This document shows positions 42,046-58,730 of a stretch of DNA of 64,000 nt, piece after piece. The translations under genes were made by a program, and so were the position numbers. The DNA comes from Eledone cirrhosa (Eukaryota). Under the pieces are notes generated by a model. It saw only the letters and a program-made list of their open reading frames with translations, had not been told where the DNA came from and ran no database searches. Location of the stretch: NCBI GenBank assembly GCA_964016885.1, contig OZ024740.1, positions 376,402,001 through 376,466,000 of the forward strand. Reading direction: 5' to 3'. Numbering within the stretch: the stretch's first letter is position 1; each line of letters begins with the position of its first letter.

Positions 42046-42390
42046 ATGGTAGCTATGGTGCCTCCATAGGCGGTATGCCAAAATTAGCACTCAATATTCA
42101 TACAAAGCAGAGTGTGAATAGTATAAATAAACGAAAAACCAGTGATACATCTGGACTCAGTTTATTGCGTGTTACAATTGTTTCGCCGGCAGGTAGCTCG
42201 AGACATGAACACTGTATGGATCTGGCTGATTCTACGGCTGTAGGTTCCTTCGGACACAGGCAATTCGTTCGGAGCAAATTTTCTCACACGTTTTCCATAG
42301 TGATCATGTCTCGAGCTACCTGCTGGCGAAACAATTGTAACACGCAATAAACTGAGTCCAGATGCATCATTGATTTTTCGTTTTTTTTAT
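42046..42390. mobile_element. Fold-back PLE pseudo-LTR remnant with hammerhead-variant motifs in both arms; homolog at 44812-45100
   Basis: Arms about 42129-42216 / 42297-42385; TGT-CTCGA-GCTAcctgcTGGC-GAAA-CAATTG-TA-ACA followed by AATAAA. Confidence 0.65.
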
Positions 42391-42437
42391 TCTCTCTCTC
42401 TATATATATATATACATCATACATATATATATTATAC

Positions 42438-42497
<60 letters not shown>

Positions 42498-42514
42498 TGC
42501 ATATATATATATAT

Positions 42515-42545
<31 letters not shown>

Positions 42546-42580
42546 GATACATATATATATATTATACATATATATATATT

Positions 42581-42646
<66 letters not shown>

Positions 42647-42856
42647 TACATATATATATAATATATATATATATCATACATATACATATTATATATATAT
42701 ATAATATATATATACCATACATATATATATTATATATATACCAAGCTATCACCAAAAGTATGTTAATATAAGGGTGGGTATGTGTATATACAAGGCTGTG
42801 AAGGGAAAAGTCGAGTGTGCATATTTTGTCGTTCTGTATAAGTTGTAACAGAATAT

Positions 42857-42895
<39 letters not shown>

Positions 42896-44751
42896 CACAT
42901 ATATATTATAATATATATAGAGAGAGAGGGGGAGAGAAAGAGAAATTAATACAGTTTATTTATTTACATTCTATGTATTTCCACTCAAATGCAATGACGT
43001 GACAAGCTGGTGGTATTAAACACGTATTATTACACGTTTATTTAAATATCAAATATTCGCAAATATTTTTCGTCACATGAGACAATGAACCCTTTTGTTG
43101 TTGGCCATATTTTTTAAACCAATTGATATTCGGTGGTGTTACTTTGTTGCGTTACTAAAGAAAACCGTGAGGACTGTTCGTATGTTTGGGAAAATGGTAT
43201 TGCCTATATTGCGATTCGTTTGATCATAAAACTATTAACTCTCAAAGTTTGTCTTTCCTTCATCTAGTGTATTGAAACGTATAATATCTGTGATCAATGC
43301 CAAAACAAAGTGTATGTCGATTTACATCTTTTTTCGTAAAGTCGCTTTTTGAAGTAAAATTAAGTTTGCTACTTACATAGCATTATATTTTCAACATTAT
43401 GCACAACATTAAATGGAGCGGATCTCCAGACAATTAACGTTAAATGGACCATATTTGTTATAATTCTCTCATTAAATTGCGTAAAAGAGCAATCTGCGAC
43501 AAACAAGCTGAAATCAATTGTAAAACATTTAGATCGATCGCTGAAACATTGTCTGTAATTAACCTGATTGTGATAGAGTTATTATAGTCGTGATGGCTAG
43601 AATGTTTATAGCCAATAATCAAGCTATATAAATATTTGTATATGTAGTTAACGTAAAGAAATATGTATCAATATTCTCAGATAAATCAGTGATCAATAAT
43701 ATAGCCAGCGTTGTGTTACTAAAATATAGAAATGTTCATATTGCTCTTGATCTAGATCTCGGAATCTTAAATGTGCATTGAGATTTATTAATGATATTTG
43801 TCTGTTTACTATATTTGTCAAACAAGCGTGCAATTTGAAGTATATTGGTGAGCTAGCGGCTGAAAACTATACGTAATTTGGTTTTGTATCTCCTTATTGA
43901 CATTAGTAATTTTAATGAAACCGTACGGTATTCACCAAATACGAATCGTAGTGAAATCGAAGCAGTCTATATATTTTAATTTTATTGCGATATGTTCGTA
44001 TTCAAGCCAAGGATTCCTTATAACTGATTATTTTGTTTCGGAATACAACTAAATTACACATATTTATGCGAATGATTCTGATTTGCACCACAGGCAGATG
44101 ATTGAAAACATACATTTACTTACACATCCTATTAACATCTGATGTTAATATCAATCTTTAATCATCGATAGTAAGCTCCGCTGATAAAACCCGCTACCAC
44201 AGAATTATTTATTCAATGTCTTTTTCACAGCCTACATATGAGTATTTCACTAATTACATATCACATGCCCTTAAGAAAACATGATTACGGTGAACCGTTT
44301 ACCTACCAATTTTAATTTCATCAATTATACCCATATAGGAAAATATAGAATGATTAAGATAGTATTTGTTTCATTGTTGATTAAATCAATGTTTACTGTA
44401 GATCTTTGTGTGATGAATCCCTGCAGAGATATTTCGATTGAGACGATTATTGAAAATCGCTTCCGTTCTATGCGTGTATTATTCGATTGAAAAAGAAACC
44501 TTTAAATCTTCACTTGGACAGTTAGTTACAGTAAACGATTTTCTCTCAAATCACTCTCTGCCACCATACAAGAGAATAGGCAATATTGGAACGACATATT
44601 CTAGAATATATCTGGAAAAAAAGAAAGTTTTTATCACAGGTGTTCTGCATCAGGAATTACCTAAATTTAAGCCCTACAACTAAACACTACAATTCTCAAT
44701 TTCCCACAAAAAAATAATAAAGGAAATACACTTTTGTCTAGTGTCTTTTGA

Positions 44752-44785
<34 letters not shown>

Positions 44786-45147
44786 GTGTATGTGTGTGTG
44801 GGTGTGTGTTTAATGGTAACTATGATGCTTCCATTGGCGGTATGCCAGTTGAGCACTCTATGTTCTTACAGACCAGAGTGTGATATAATATAAAACGAAA
44901 AATCAGTGATGCATCTCGACTTAATTTATTGTGTGTTACAATTGTTTCGCCGGCAGACAGTTCGAGACACGATCATTGTATGGATCTGTCTGATTCTAGA
45001 ACTGCAGGTTCGTCGGACACTGGCAAAAATTTCGCAACACATTTTCTCACTGGGTCTTTAGCTTCAAAAAACATCTTCCACGCTTGTCATGCTGTTGGCT
45101 GTTGTTTTTCTACGACATCATACATTCTGGCCAATATTTGCTGCTAA

Positions 45148-45240
<93 letters not shown>

Positions 45241-45242
<2 letters not shown>

Positions 45243-45410
45243 AGTATGTGTTGGTTGTTTACAGACACCTCAGTATGCAGGTTGGAGCACTCGACGAACA
45301 ACGCAGGTTGGTTTGTTTACTGTGGAGTAATCTAAAATAAGTAAGTCAAACATGTTAAATTTGGCTTCGTTTATTATAAATGAAGCCAAATTTAACATGT
45401 TTGACTCACC

Positions 45411-45415
<5 letters not shown>
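45241..45415. mobile_element. Short repeat remnant (homolog at about 32050-32143, opposite strand) ending in a fold-back hairpin
   Basis: GAGTRTGTGTTGGTT..GACAC..AGTATGCAG..GAGCACT..GTTTGTTTACT shared between the copies; AGTCAAACATGTTAAATTTGGCTTC / GAAGCCAAATTTAACATGTTTGACT hairpin. Confidence 0.6.
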
Positions 45416-45502
<87 letters not shown>

Positions 45503-45504
<2 letters not shown>

Positions 45505-45682
45505 GAAAAGAATAAGGACTCCGACGGCTGAGCTACGGCCGTTTCGATCTATCTGTCGAAACGGCCGGAGCCCAGCCGTCGGAGTCCTGATTCTTTCCCT
45601 ATTACCCACTCTACTACCCTAAGTATCAAGTACTCTGCTGCGTTATGGTCCACCTGGTTCTTTACCACACTTTCTTTGCTGT
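45503..45682 (+). mobile_element. Second copy of the 16883 fold-back PLE remnant
   Basis: CCGACGGCTG..CCGTTTCGA / TCGAAACGG..CAGCCGTCGG arms, then the shared CTCTACTACCCTAAGTAT..GCGTTATGGTCCACCTGGTTC. Confidence 0.75.
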
Positions 45683-46405
45683 ATATATATATATATAAAT
45701 GAAAGGTATAGAAATATATATATATATATCCTCGAATTAAGTGCGATACATTATTACGTGTAAACGAATCTATATATATTATTATTGTGATCATATATAA
45801 GCCGTTATGTATTTTCTTCCGTTTAGTGCGTGGTGCAAGATGTGCTTCTCTGTTCCAAACGTTTTGCTCTGATCTTATTTTTCACAGATTTATAATTCAC
45901 TTCAGTATAACTAATACAGGTAAGGTATATTCTGTGCTCAATCATATAACCACAAAATACGTATGATCACAATATAATTGAGATCTCTCTAATGGATCCT
46001 ATAGGGCAGACGTCCTATTGTCACCTCTGTAATTTGAGATTTTACTATTAGAAATACAATATGTCGTCCCACATCCACTCTGACCTGTAGATAATAATAA
46101 CTTTAGAATCATGAGGGAGCTTGCAAACTGCGTTGTATTTAAAACATATCAAAGATCATCCATAACTTGAACAGTAAATATTATGAAAAGGGTGCTATCT
46201 ATGTAAAGGCACACACAAATGCAATTAAACTTATGCAGACTAAAGAAAGGTAGACGCGGTCCATCATCCACTTTTCTAAAAAAATAAATCATTTCAAACA
46301 CCTGGTAACAATTATATGTCGACCAAAATCAGTTCCTGAATAATTCGATTAAATGCACATTAGCGCTGCGTAGTTTACTAGAGAAGAAAGAGAATAAGGA
46401 AAATG

Positions 46406-46443
<38 letters not shown>

Positions 46444-46445
<2 letters not shown>

Positions 46446-49400
46446 ATTAAGTTAAAGATGTACATCCATATATGTATACTGAAATACTAGTATGTATATG
46501 AATACACACACGTATATATATGTAGATGTACCAAGTTTTTTCACTGGTCACTTTACTGTGAGTGGCCAGCTATTCTGTATATAAACACACAGACAAACCG
46601 GTTTTTAGAGTCATACTGGTTTTTGAGGAAACACCTTTCCTCTATTCTCTAGAAAGCCAGACAAGGAATATTGAACTAGTTTCGTTGTTGTTACAACTCA
46701 TCAGCAATATTTACCTATCTTCCGGCCTCTCTAGAGAATCGTAAAAGCACATATCGTTATATGCTTTTTGTATGAAAATTAGTAGTGGGCATACTAATTT
46801 GCATAGAGTGTGAGTAAGTACCGGTTCAACGGAGACGATAAAAACAAATAACGAAACGAAATTAAATTTTGTTTCATTTGTAACTCACTTTTGTATGACT
46901 GACGCTTAAACAATTAAGTTAAAGATGTACATCCATATATGTATACTGAAATACTAGTATGTATATGAATACACACACGTATACATATGTAGATGTACCA
47001 AGTTTTTTCACTGGTCACTTTACTGTGAGTGGCCAGCTATTCTGTATATAAACACACAGACAAACCGGTTTTTAGAGTCATACTGGTTTTTGAGGAAACA
47101 CCTTTCCTCTATTCTCTAGAAAGCCAGACAAGGAATATTGAACTAGTTTCGTTGTTGTTACAACTCATCAGCAATATTTACCTATCTTCCGGCCTCTCTA
47201 GAGAATCGTAAAAGCACATATCGTTATATGCTTTTTGTATGAAAATTAGTAGTGGGCATACTAATTTGCATAGAGTGTGAGTAAGTACCGGTTCAACGGA
47301 GACGATAAAAACAAATAACGAAACGAAATTAAATTTTGTTTCATTTGTAACTCACTTTTGTATGACTGACGCTTAAACAATTAAGTTAAAGATGTACATC
47401 CATATATGTATACTGAAATACTAGTATGTATATGAATACACACACGTATACATATGTAGATGTACCAAGTTTTTTCACTGGTCACTTTACTGTGAGTGGC
47501 CAGCTATTCTGTATATAAACACACAGACAAACCGGTTTTTAGAGTCATACTGGTTTTTGAGGAAACACCTTTCCTCTATTCTCTAGAAAGCCAGACAAGG
47601 AATATTGAACTAGTTTCGTTGTTGTTACAACTCATCAGCAATATTTACCTATCTTCCGGCCTCTCTAGAGAATCGTAAAAGCACATATCGTTATATGCTT
47701 TTTGTATGAAAATTAGTAGTGGGCATACTAATTTGCATAGAGTGTGAGTAAGTACCGGTTCAACGGAGACGATAAAAACAAATAACGAAACGAAATTAAA
47801 TTTTGTTTCATTTGTAACTCACTTTTGTATGACTGACGCTTAAACAATTAAGTTAAAGATGTACATCCATATATGTATACTGAAATACTAGTATGTATAT
47901 GAATACACACACGTATACATATGTAGATGTACCAAGTTTTTTCACTGGTCACTTTACTGTGAGTGGCCAGCTATTCTGTATATAAACACACAGACAAACC
48001 GGTTTTTAGAGTCATACTGGTTTTTGAGGAAACACCTTTCCTCTATTCTCTAGAAAGCCAGACAAGGAATATTGAACTAGTTTCGTTGTTGTTACAACTC
48101 ATCAGCAATATTTACCTATCTTCCGGCCTCTCTAGAGAATCGTAAAAGCACATATCGTTATATGCTTTTTGTATGAAAATTAGTAGTGGGCATACTAATT
48201 TGCATAGAGTGTGAGTAAGTACCGGTTCAACGGAGACGATAAAAACAAATAACGAAACGAAATTAAATTTTGTTTCATTTGTAACTCACTTTTGTATGAC
48301 TGACGCTTAAACAATTAAGTTAAAGATGTACATCCATATATGTATACTGAAATACTAGTATGTATATGAATACACACACGTATACATATGTAGATGTACC
48401 AAGTTTTTTCACTGGTCACTTTACTGTGAGTGGCCAGCTATTCTGTATATAAACACACAGACAAACCGGTTTTTAGAGTCATACTGGTTTTTGAGGAAAC
48501 ACCTTTCCTCTATTCTCTAGAAAGCCAGACAAGGAATATTGAACTAGTTTCGTTGTTGTTACAACTCATCAGCAATATTTACCTATCTTCCGGCCTCTCT
48601 AGAGAATCGTAAAAGCACATATCGTTATATGCTTTTTGTATGAAAATTAGTAGTGGGCATACTAATTTGCATAGAGTGTGAGTAAGTACCGGTTCAACGG
48701 AGACGATAAAAACAAATAACGAAACGAAATTAAATTTTGTTTCATTTGTAACTCACTTTTGTATGACTGACGCTTAAACAATTAAGTTAAAGATGTACAT
48801 CCATATATGTATACTGAAATACTAGTATGTATATGAATACACACACGTATACATATGTAGATGTACCAAGTTTTTTCACTGGTCACTTTACTGTGAGTGG
48901 CCAGCTATTCTGTATATAAACACACAGACAAACCGGTTTTTAGAGTCATACTGGTTTTTGAGGAAACACCTTTCCTCTATTCTCTAGAAAGCCAGACAAG
49001 GAATATTGAACTAGTTTCGTTGTTGTTACAACTCATCAGCAATATTTACCTATCTTCCGGCCTCTCTAGAGAATCGTAAAAGCACATATCGTTATATGCT
49101 TTTTGTATGAAAATTAGTAGTGGGCATACTAATTTGCATAGAGTGTGAGTAAGTACCGGTTCAACGGAGACGATAAAAACAAATAACGAAACGAAATTAA
49201 ATTTTGTTTCATTTGTAACTCACTTTTGTATGACTGACGCTTAAACAATTAAGTTAAAGATGTACATCCATATATGTATACTGAAATACTAGTATGTATA
49301 TGAATACACACACGTATACATATGTAGATGTACCAAGTTTTTTCACTGGTCACTTTACTGTGAGTGGCCAGCTATTCTGTATATAAACACACAGACAAAC

Positions 49401-52163
49401 CGGTTTTTAGAGTCATACTGGTTTTTGAGGAAACACCTTTCCTCTATTCTCTAGAAAGCCAGACAAGGAATATTGAACTAGTTTCGTTGTTGTTACAACT
49501 CATCAGCAATATTTACCTATCTTCCGGCCTCTCTAGAGAATCGTAAAAGCACATATCGTTATATGCTTTTTGTATGAAAATTAGTAGTGGGCATACTAAT
49601 TTGCATAGAGTGTGAGTAAGTACCGGTTCAACGGAGACGATAAAAACAAATAACGAAACGAAATTAAATTTTGTTTCATTTGTAACTCACTTTTGTATGA
49701 CTGACGCTTAAACAATTAAGTTAAAGATGTACATCCATATATGTATACTGAAATACTAGTATGTATATGAATACACACACGTATACATATGTAGATGTAC
49801 CAAGTTTTTTCACTGGTCACTTTACTGTGAGTGGCCAGCTATTCTGTATATAAACACACAGACAAACCGGTTTTTAGAGTCATACTGGTTTTTGAGGAAA
49901 CACCTTTCCTCTATTCTCTAGAAAGCCAGACAAGGAATATTGAACTAGTTTCGTTGTTGTTACAACTCATCAGCAATATTTACCTATCTTCCGGCCTCTC
50001 TAGAGAATCGTAAAAGCACATATCGTTATATGCTTTTTGTATGAAAATTAGTAGTGGGCATACTAATTTGCATAGAGTGTGAGTAAGTACCGGTTCAACG
50101 GAGACGATAAAAACAAATAACGAAACGAAATTAAATTTTGTTTCATTTGTAACTCACTTTTGTATGACTGACGCTTAAACAATTAAGTTAAAGATGTACA
50201 TCCATATATGTATACTGAAATACTAGTATGTATATGAATACACACACGTATACATATGTAGATGTACCAAGTTTTTTCACTGGTCACTTTACTGTGAGTG
50301 GCCAGCTATTCTGTATATAAACACACAGACAAACCGGTTTTTAGAGTCATACTGGTTTTTGAGGAAACACCTTTCCTCTATTCTCTAGAAAGCCAGACAA
50401 GGAATATTGAACTAGTTTCGTTGTTGTTACAACTCATCAGCAATATTTACCTATCTTCCGGCCTCTCTAGAGAATCGTAAAAGCACATATCGTTATATGC
50501 TTTTTGTATGAAAATTAGTAGTGGGCATACTAATTTGCATAGAGTGTGAGTAAGTACCGGTTCAACGGAGACGATAAAAACAAATAACGAAACGAAATTA
50601 AATTTTGTTTCATTTGTAACTCACTTTTGTATGACTGACGCTTAAACAATTAAGTTAAAGATGTACATCCATATATGTATACTGAAATACTAGTATGTAT
50701 ATGAATACACACACGTATACATATGTAGATGTACCAAGTTTTTTCACTGGTCACTTTACTGTGAGTGGCCAGCTATTCTGTATATAAACACACAGACAAA
50801 CCGGTTTTTAGAGTCATACTGGTTTTTGAGGAAACACCTTTCCTCTATTCTCTAGAAAGCCAGACAAGGAATATTGAACTAGTTTCGTTGTTGTTACAAC
50901 TCATCAGCAATATTTACCTATCTTCCGGCCTCTCTAGAGAATCGTAAAAGCACATATCGTTATATGCTTTTTGTATGAAAATTAGTAGTGGGCATACTAA
51001 TTTGCATAGAGTGTGAGTAAGTACCGGTTCAACGGAGACGATAAAAACAAATAACGAAACGAAATTAAATTTTGTTTCATTTGTAACTCACTTTTGTATG
51101 ACTGACGCTTAAACAATTAAGTTAAAGATGTACATCCATATATGTATACTGAAATACTAGTATGTATATGAATACACACACGTATACATATGTAGATGTA
51201 CCAAGTTTTTTCACTGGTCACTTTACTGTGAGTGGCCAGCTATTCTGTATATAAACACACAGACAAACCGGTTTTTAGAGTCATACTGGTTTTTGAGGAA
51301 ACACCTTTCCTCTATTCTCTAGAAAGCCAGACAAGGAATATTGAACTAGTTTCGTTGTTGTTACAACTCATCAGCAATATTTACCTATCTTCCGGCCTCT
51401 CTAGAGAATCGTAAAAGCACATATCGTTATATGCTTTTTGTATGAAAATTAGTAGTGGGCATACTAATTTGCATAGAGTGTGAGTAAGTACCGGTTCAAC
51501 GGAGACGATAAAAACAAATAACGAAACGAAATTAAATTTTGTTTCATTTGTAACTCACTTTTGTATGACTGACGCTTAAACAATTAAGTTAAAGATGTAC
51601 ATCCATATATGTATACTGAAATACTAGTATGTATATGAATACACACACGTATACATATGTAGATGTACCAAGTTTTTTCACTGGTCACTTTACTGTGAGT
51701 GGCCAGCTATTCTGTATATAAACACACAGACAAACCGGTTTTTAGAGTCATACTGGTTTTTGAGGAAACACCTTTCCTCTATTCTCTAGAAAGCCAGACA
51801 AGGAATATTGAACTAGTTTCGTTGTTGTTACAACTCATCAGCAATATTTACCTATCTTCCGGCCTCTCTAGAGAATCGTAAAAGCACATATCGTTATATG
51901 CTTTTTGTATGAAAATTAGTAGTGGGCATACTAATTTGCATAGAGTGTGAGTAAGTACCGGTTCAACGGAGACGATAAAAACAAATAACGAAACGAAATT
52001 AAATTTTGTTTCATTTGTAACTCACTTTTGTATGACTGACGCTTAAACAATTAAGTTAAAGATGTACATCCATATATGTATACTGAAATACTAGTATGTA
52101 TATGAATACACACACGTATACATATGTAGATGTACCAAGTTTTTTCACTGGTCACTTTACTGT

Positions 52164-52165
<2 letters not shown>
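46444..52165 (-). repeat. Tandem array, about 12.25 x 467 bp, hammerhead-containing units (retrozyme-like), left arm
   Basis: Exact 467-bp period (ORF track repeats at 46562, 47029 ... 51699); only difference noticed is C>T at 46517; hammerhead on the minus strand in every full unit. Confidence 0.97.
46667..46711 (-). ncRNA. Minimal type I hammerhead ribozyme; 12 copies at 46667+467n (last 51804-51848)
   Basis: AATATTG-CTGATGA-GTTG-taacaa-CAAC-GAAA-CTAG-TT-CAATATT: intact core, 7-bp stem I, 4-bp stem II, palindromic ACTAGT stem III. Confidence 0.92.
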
Positions 52166-55167
<3,002 letters not shown>

Positions 55168-55333
55168 ATATATATATATGTAAAATACGTAGTTAAGAAA
55201 GCCACAACAATGCAGAGGGAAATCTCGAGGTAGGAGGTGAATGATAGATAGGAGAAACAGGTGAAAGTGAAAATTGAGAGAGACAAAGGTGAAAACAAAA
55301 CAAAGGTAGAAGGGTTACCGTAGTGGAGATTTA

Positions 55334-56596
55334 ATGGCGCCCAACACCAGAAAGGACAACGGTTATGCCTTCAGTCTTGATGTGGTCGCCCTTTATACCT
55401 CCGTACCAGCATCCCCAGCTGTCGACCTGTTGACCGAACGAGTCCGAGCATCTAACTTACACTGCTTCGGACTCACACACACGGACATCCACCAACTCCT
55501 CTCCTTCGTTGTGGGTAATGCACTCTTCAATTTCCTCGGCCACACGTACAAACAAATCTCTAGGCTACCTATGGGCTCTAGTCTGTCCGGCATACTTGCG
55601 ATCTCGTACATGGACCACCTGGAACGCAAGGCACTCAATACCTGCCAACCCAACGCCGTCGCCTTCTACTCCAGATACGTTGATGACATCCTGATACTTA
55701 CTTCTTCCCGTGAGATGGCGAATGAAATTCACCAAATCTTCAACGATACTGACCATCACGTCGATTTCACCATCGAACACCCAGGAGAAGACGGGTCACT
55801 CGCCCTCCTCGACTTCCGTATCAACATCTCGGAAGAAGGAGACATAAACACCACCTTCTACCGCAAAGCAGCGTGCAAGGACTTATTTGTGCATTACAAC
55901 TCAGCCCTCCCCAACAACGCTAAGAGAGGCTATGTCCTAAATGAACTGACACGGATCACTAACAGATGCAGCGACCCGATGGGTGGTCTCACCCACACCA
56001 CGCAATTCCGTAATCTACTCAGATCTAATGGTTATCCCAAGCGACTGATTAACGGAATTAGAGACCCCAGACCCAATAGACAGACACCCACTAGAAACTT
56101 AAATAAAAGCCGGTGCTTCTTTAAAATCCCCCACCTGAGTGAATATACCACGAACACCATCCGCAGGGCCATACGGACGGAGGGACTTGACATACATTTG
56201 GCCCACACAGGACCTTCGCTGCGAAGATGCCTCTCCAACAAACCCGACGAGTCAGATGGAACGTGTTCCCTCAGCAACTGCCCGATACGGGGGGCAGATT
56301 GCCTACGCACCTATGTCGTATATAAGATTCAATGCGATAAATGTAACAAGTTTTACATAGGTAGCACCATCCGACCCCTACATGTTCGTATCAAGGAACA
56401 TATCAACACCAACGCATCTTCCTTCCGTAAACACATCCTTAAATGCGGAAACCCACAGGGTAGACCCTTGGTCACAGTCCTAGCGACTGAACGCAGCATC
56501 GGATCCTTAAGGATAAAGAAAGCACTTGTTATTAAGAACCTCAGACCCCCACTTAACAACCGGGCTGAGAGAAATGAGCTGACATGGCTAACTTAA
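55334..56596 (+). CDS. PLE reverse transcriptase (N-terminally truncated) + GIY-YIG endonuclease, open frame of 420 aa
   Basis: [13 protein letters not shown]; LPMGSSLS; YSRYVDDIL; LALLDFRI; FYRK; Cys-rich linker; [29 protein letters not shown]. The ATG is created by the inversion junction. Confidence 0.88.
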   Translation: MAPNTRKDNGYAFSLDVVALYTSVPASPAVDLLTERVRASNLHCFGLTHTDIHQLLSFVVGNALFNFLGHTYKQISRLPMGSSLSGILAISYMDHLERKALNTCQPNAVAFYSRYVDDILILTSSREMANEIHQIFNDTDHHVDFTIEHPGEDGSLALLDFRINISEEGDINTTFYRKAACKDLFVHYNSALPNNAKRGYVLNELTRITNRCSDPMGGLTHTTQFRNLLRSNGYPKRLINGIRDPRPNRQTPTRNLNKSRCFFKIPHLSEYTTNTIRRAIRTEGLDIHLAHTGPSLRRCLSNKPDESDGTCSLSNCPIRGADCLRTYVVYKIQCDKCNKFYIGSTIRPLHVRIKEHINTNASSFRKHILKCGNPQGRPLVTVLATERSIGSLRIKKALVIKNLRPPLNNRAERNELTWLT

Positions 56597-57026
56597 CCAT
56601 AGTGACCATTCACAGCCTACGGCCTGCTATCTTCACACACACGCACGTATATGCATACCCATACGCTTACACACACACATCTATATTTATACACGCACAT
56701 ATGTTTTACAACCTACCACCTTTCACACCCTTTGATTTCCAGCTTCTACAGCCCACTATCTTTCACACACACACACACTCACACATATACACACTTACAC
56801 TTATACACACACATATATATTTACACAGACATATTTTACGGCTTTCACACGCTAGCGCACCCTCTTGATTTAACTCATTTGATCAGTAGCTTTTGCCACA
56901 GCCTATCACGCGCACGCGCATTCTTTCCCTCGTTTAAATTTTAAATAATTTTCTCCCCATAACGGCATTCCTGTCTTAACGACATCACAACTTTCTCCGC
57001 TTGGCCTGTTCCCCCCCTTTGGAACT

Positions 57027-57064
57027 TTCCCCCGTTGATGGGCGTGAGCCCGAAATATTGGGAT
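57027..57064 (+). ncRNA. Degenerate minimal hammerhead in the PLE pseudo-LTR
   Basis: CCC-gTTGAT-GGGC-gtga-GCCC-GAAA-TA-TT-GGG; GNRA-capped stem II, palindromic AATATT, non-canonical core. Confidence 0.55.
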
Positions 57065-57273
57065 TAAATCTCCACTACGGTAACCCTTCTACCTTTGTTT
57101 TGTTTTCATCTTTGTCTCTCTCAATTTTCACTTTCACCTGTTTCTCCTATCTATCATTCACCTCCTACCTCGAGATTTCCCTCTGCATTGTTGTGGCTTT
57201 CTTAACTACGTATTTTACACATTTCACAATGCTTCAAGCAAACTTTAACACCCTCTTATATATGTATGTATAT

Positions 57274-57305
<32 letters not shown>

Positions 57306-57326
57306 TTATGTATATATATATATATG

Positions 57327-57430
<104 letters not shown>

Positions 57431-57436
57431 TATGTA

Positions 57437-58278
57437 TAGTAATAATAATAAAATCGAAGACTAAAATCCAAAGAGGGCTCGATATGGAAAATATATATCA
57501 AATATATAAGAACCGTAGAGCAAATATTTATTAAAATAACAGATTAAAGTTTAAGCAAAGAATCGCTGCTTTCGCCCTTAACGGGATCTTCTGAAACTAA
57601 CAAAGTCAATCTGTAAACGCAGAACTGGATATTTCAAAAAACGTTGCAACCGGAGGAAGACAGGAAGACGATACTTTGGTTCGTGGTAACGTTCGCTGGC
57701 AAAGAACGGGAAAAAACGAATAATACGTCATTAATAGGAGCGGTGAAAAACAATTACGCGCAAAGACAAAACCACGTTTATGGTATAAACGAGGTCGTAG
57801 AGACGTTCTCTGGCAATGAACGAAAAAACGAAGATAATAAGTCATATGTGGGGCGTGGAGAACAATAGCACGCAAAGACAAAACCACGTAAATGGTATAG
57901 CAGAAATCGTAGACTAAAATTCTAACTAGGAGACCAAATGAATCTCCGCTGTAGAGTTAAGAACAAAGTAAATAATTACAATACAGAAGTAATAGAAACA
58001 AATAAATACATACACGCAAACAGATACGTACATACACAAGCATATGCAAAACCATACCATGGGTATACAAAACCACGCGCATATAAATATGTGTGTGTGT
58101 GTATGCTTGTGTACAAATAAAAAATTATATAAACGTATATAAGTAAATAAGTATATAACAAGCGCACACGCATACCTACATATAAATACACGAATGTTCG
58201 GAGACGTAAGTCAACTAAAACAAGAAGTACACATATACACACACCCACCATACGTACTTTAATCTGTTATTTTAATAA

Positions 58279-58282
<4 letters not shown>
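57437..58282 (-). mobile_element. Non-autonomous PLE-like element (same family as 3650), with a short inverted terminal piece
   Basis: Homology to 3650-4580; 58256-58282 is the reverse complement of about 57524-57550; hammerhead-like motif at 57548-57598. Confidence 0.7.
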
Positions 58283-58312
<30 letters not shown>

Positions 58313-58320
58313 CTATATAC

Positions 58321-58378
<58 letters not shown>

Positions 58379-58461
58379 GTATATATATGTATATGTATAT
58401 ATATATGTATATATATATGTATATATATATATGTATGTATATATATATGTATATGTATCTA

Positions 58462-58498
<37 letters not shown>

Positions 58499-58524
58499 GT
58501 ATATATATATGTATATATACATAT

Positions 58525-58556
<32 letters not shown>

Positions 58557-58730
58557 GTATATGTATATATGTATGTATATGTATATATATATGTATCTAT
58601 ATATGTATATGTATATATATATGTATATATATATGTATATGTATATATATATGTATATATATATGTATATGTATATAAATATATATGTATATGTATATAT
58701 ATATATGTATATATATATGTATATATATAT

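Larger units (their letters stand above)
55179..57258 (+). mobile_element. Penelope-like retroelement, 5'-truncated, with an inverted partial pseudo-LTR
   Basis: 55179-55335 is the reverse complement of 57063-57219 (near-identical); RT-GIY-YIG ORF lies between; TA tracts on both sides. Confidence 0.93.

Noticed and set aside
46562-46744. 60-aa ORF repeated 18 times (MASYSVYKHT...)
   Set aside because: Starts at GTG, is antisense to the hammerhead and has no recognisable motif; a by-product of the repeat
46880-46910. Second, opposite-polarity hammerhead (CTGACG)
   Set aside because: Reads CTGACGC, not CTGANGA, with no matching GAAA or stems
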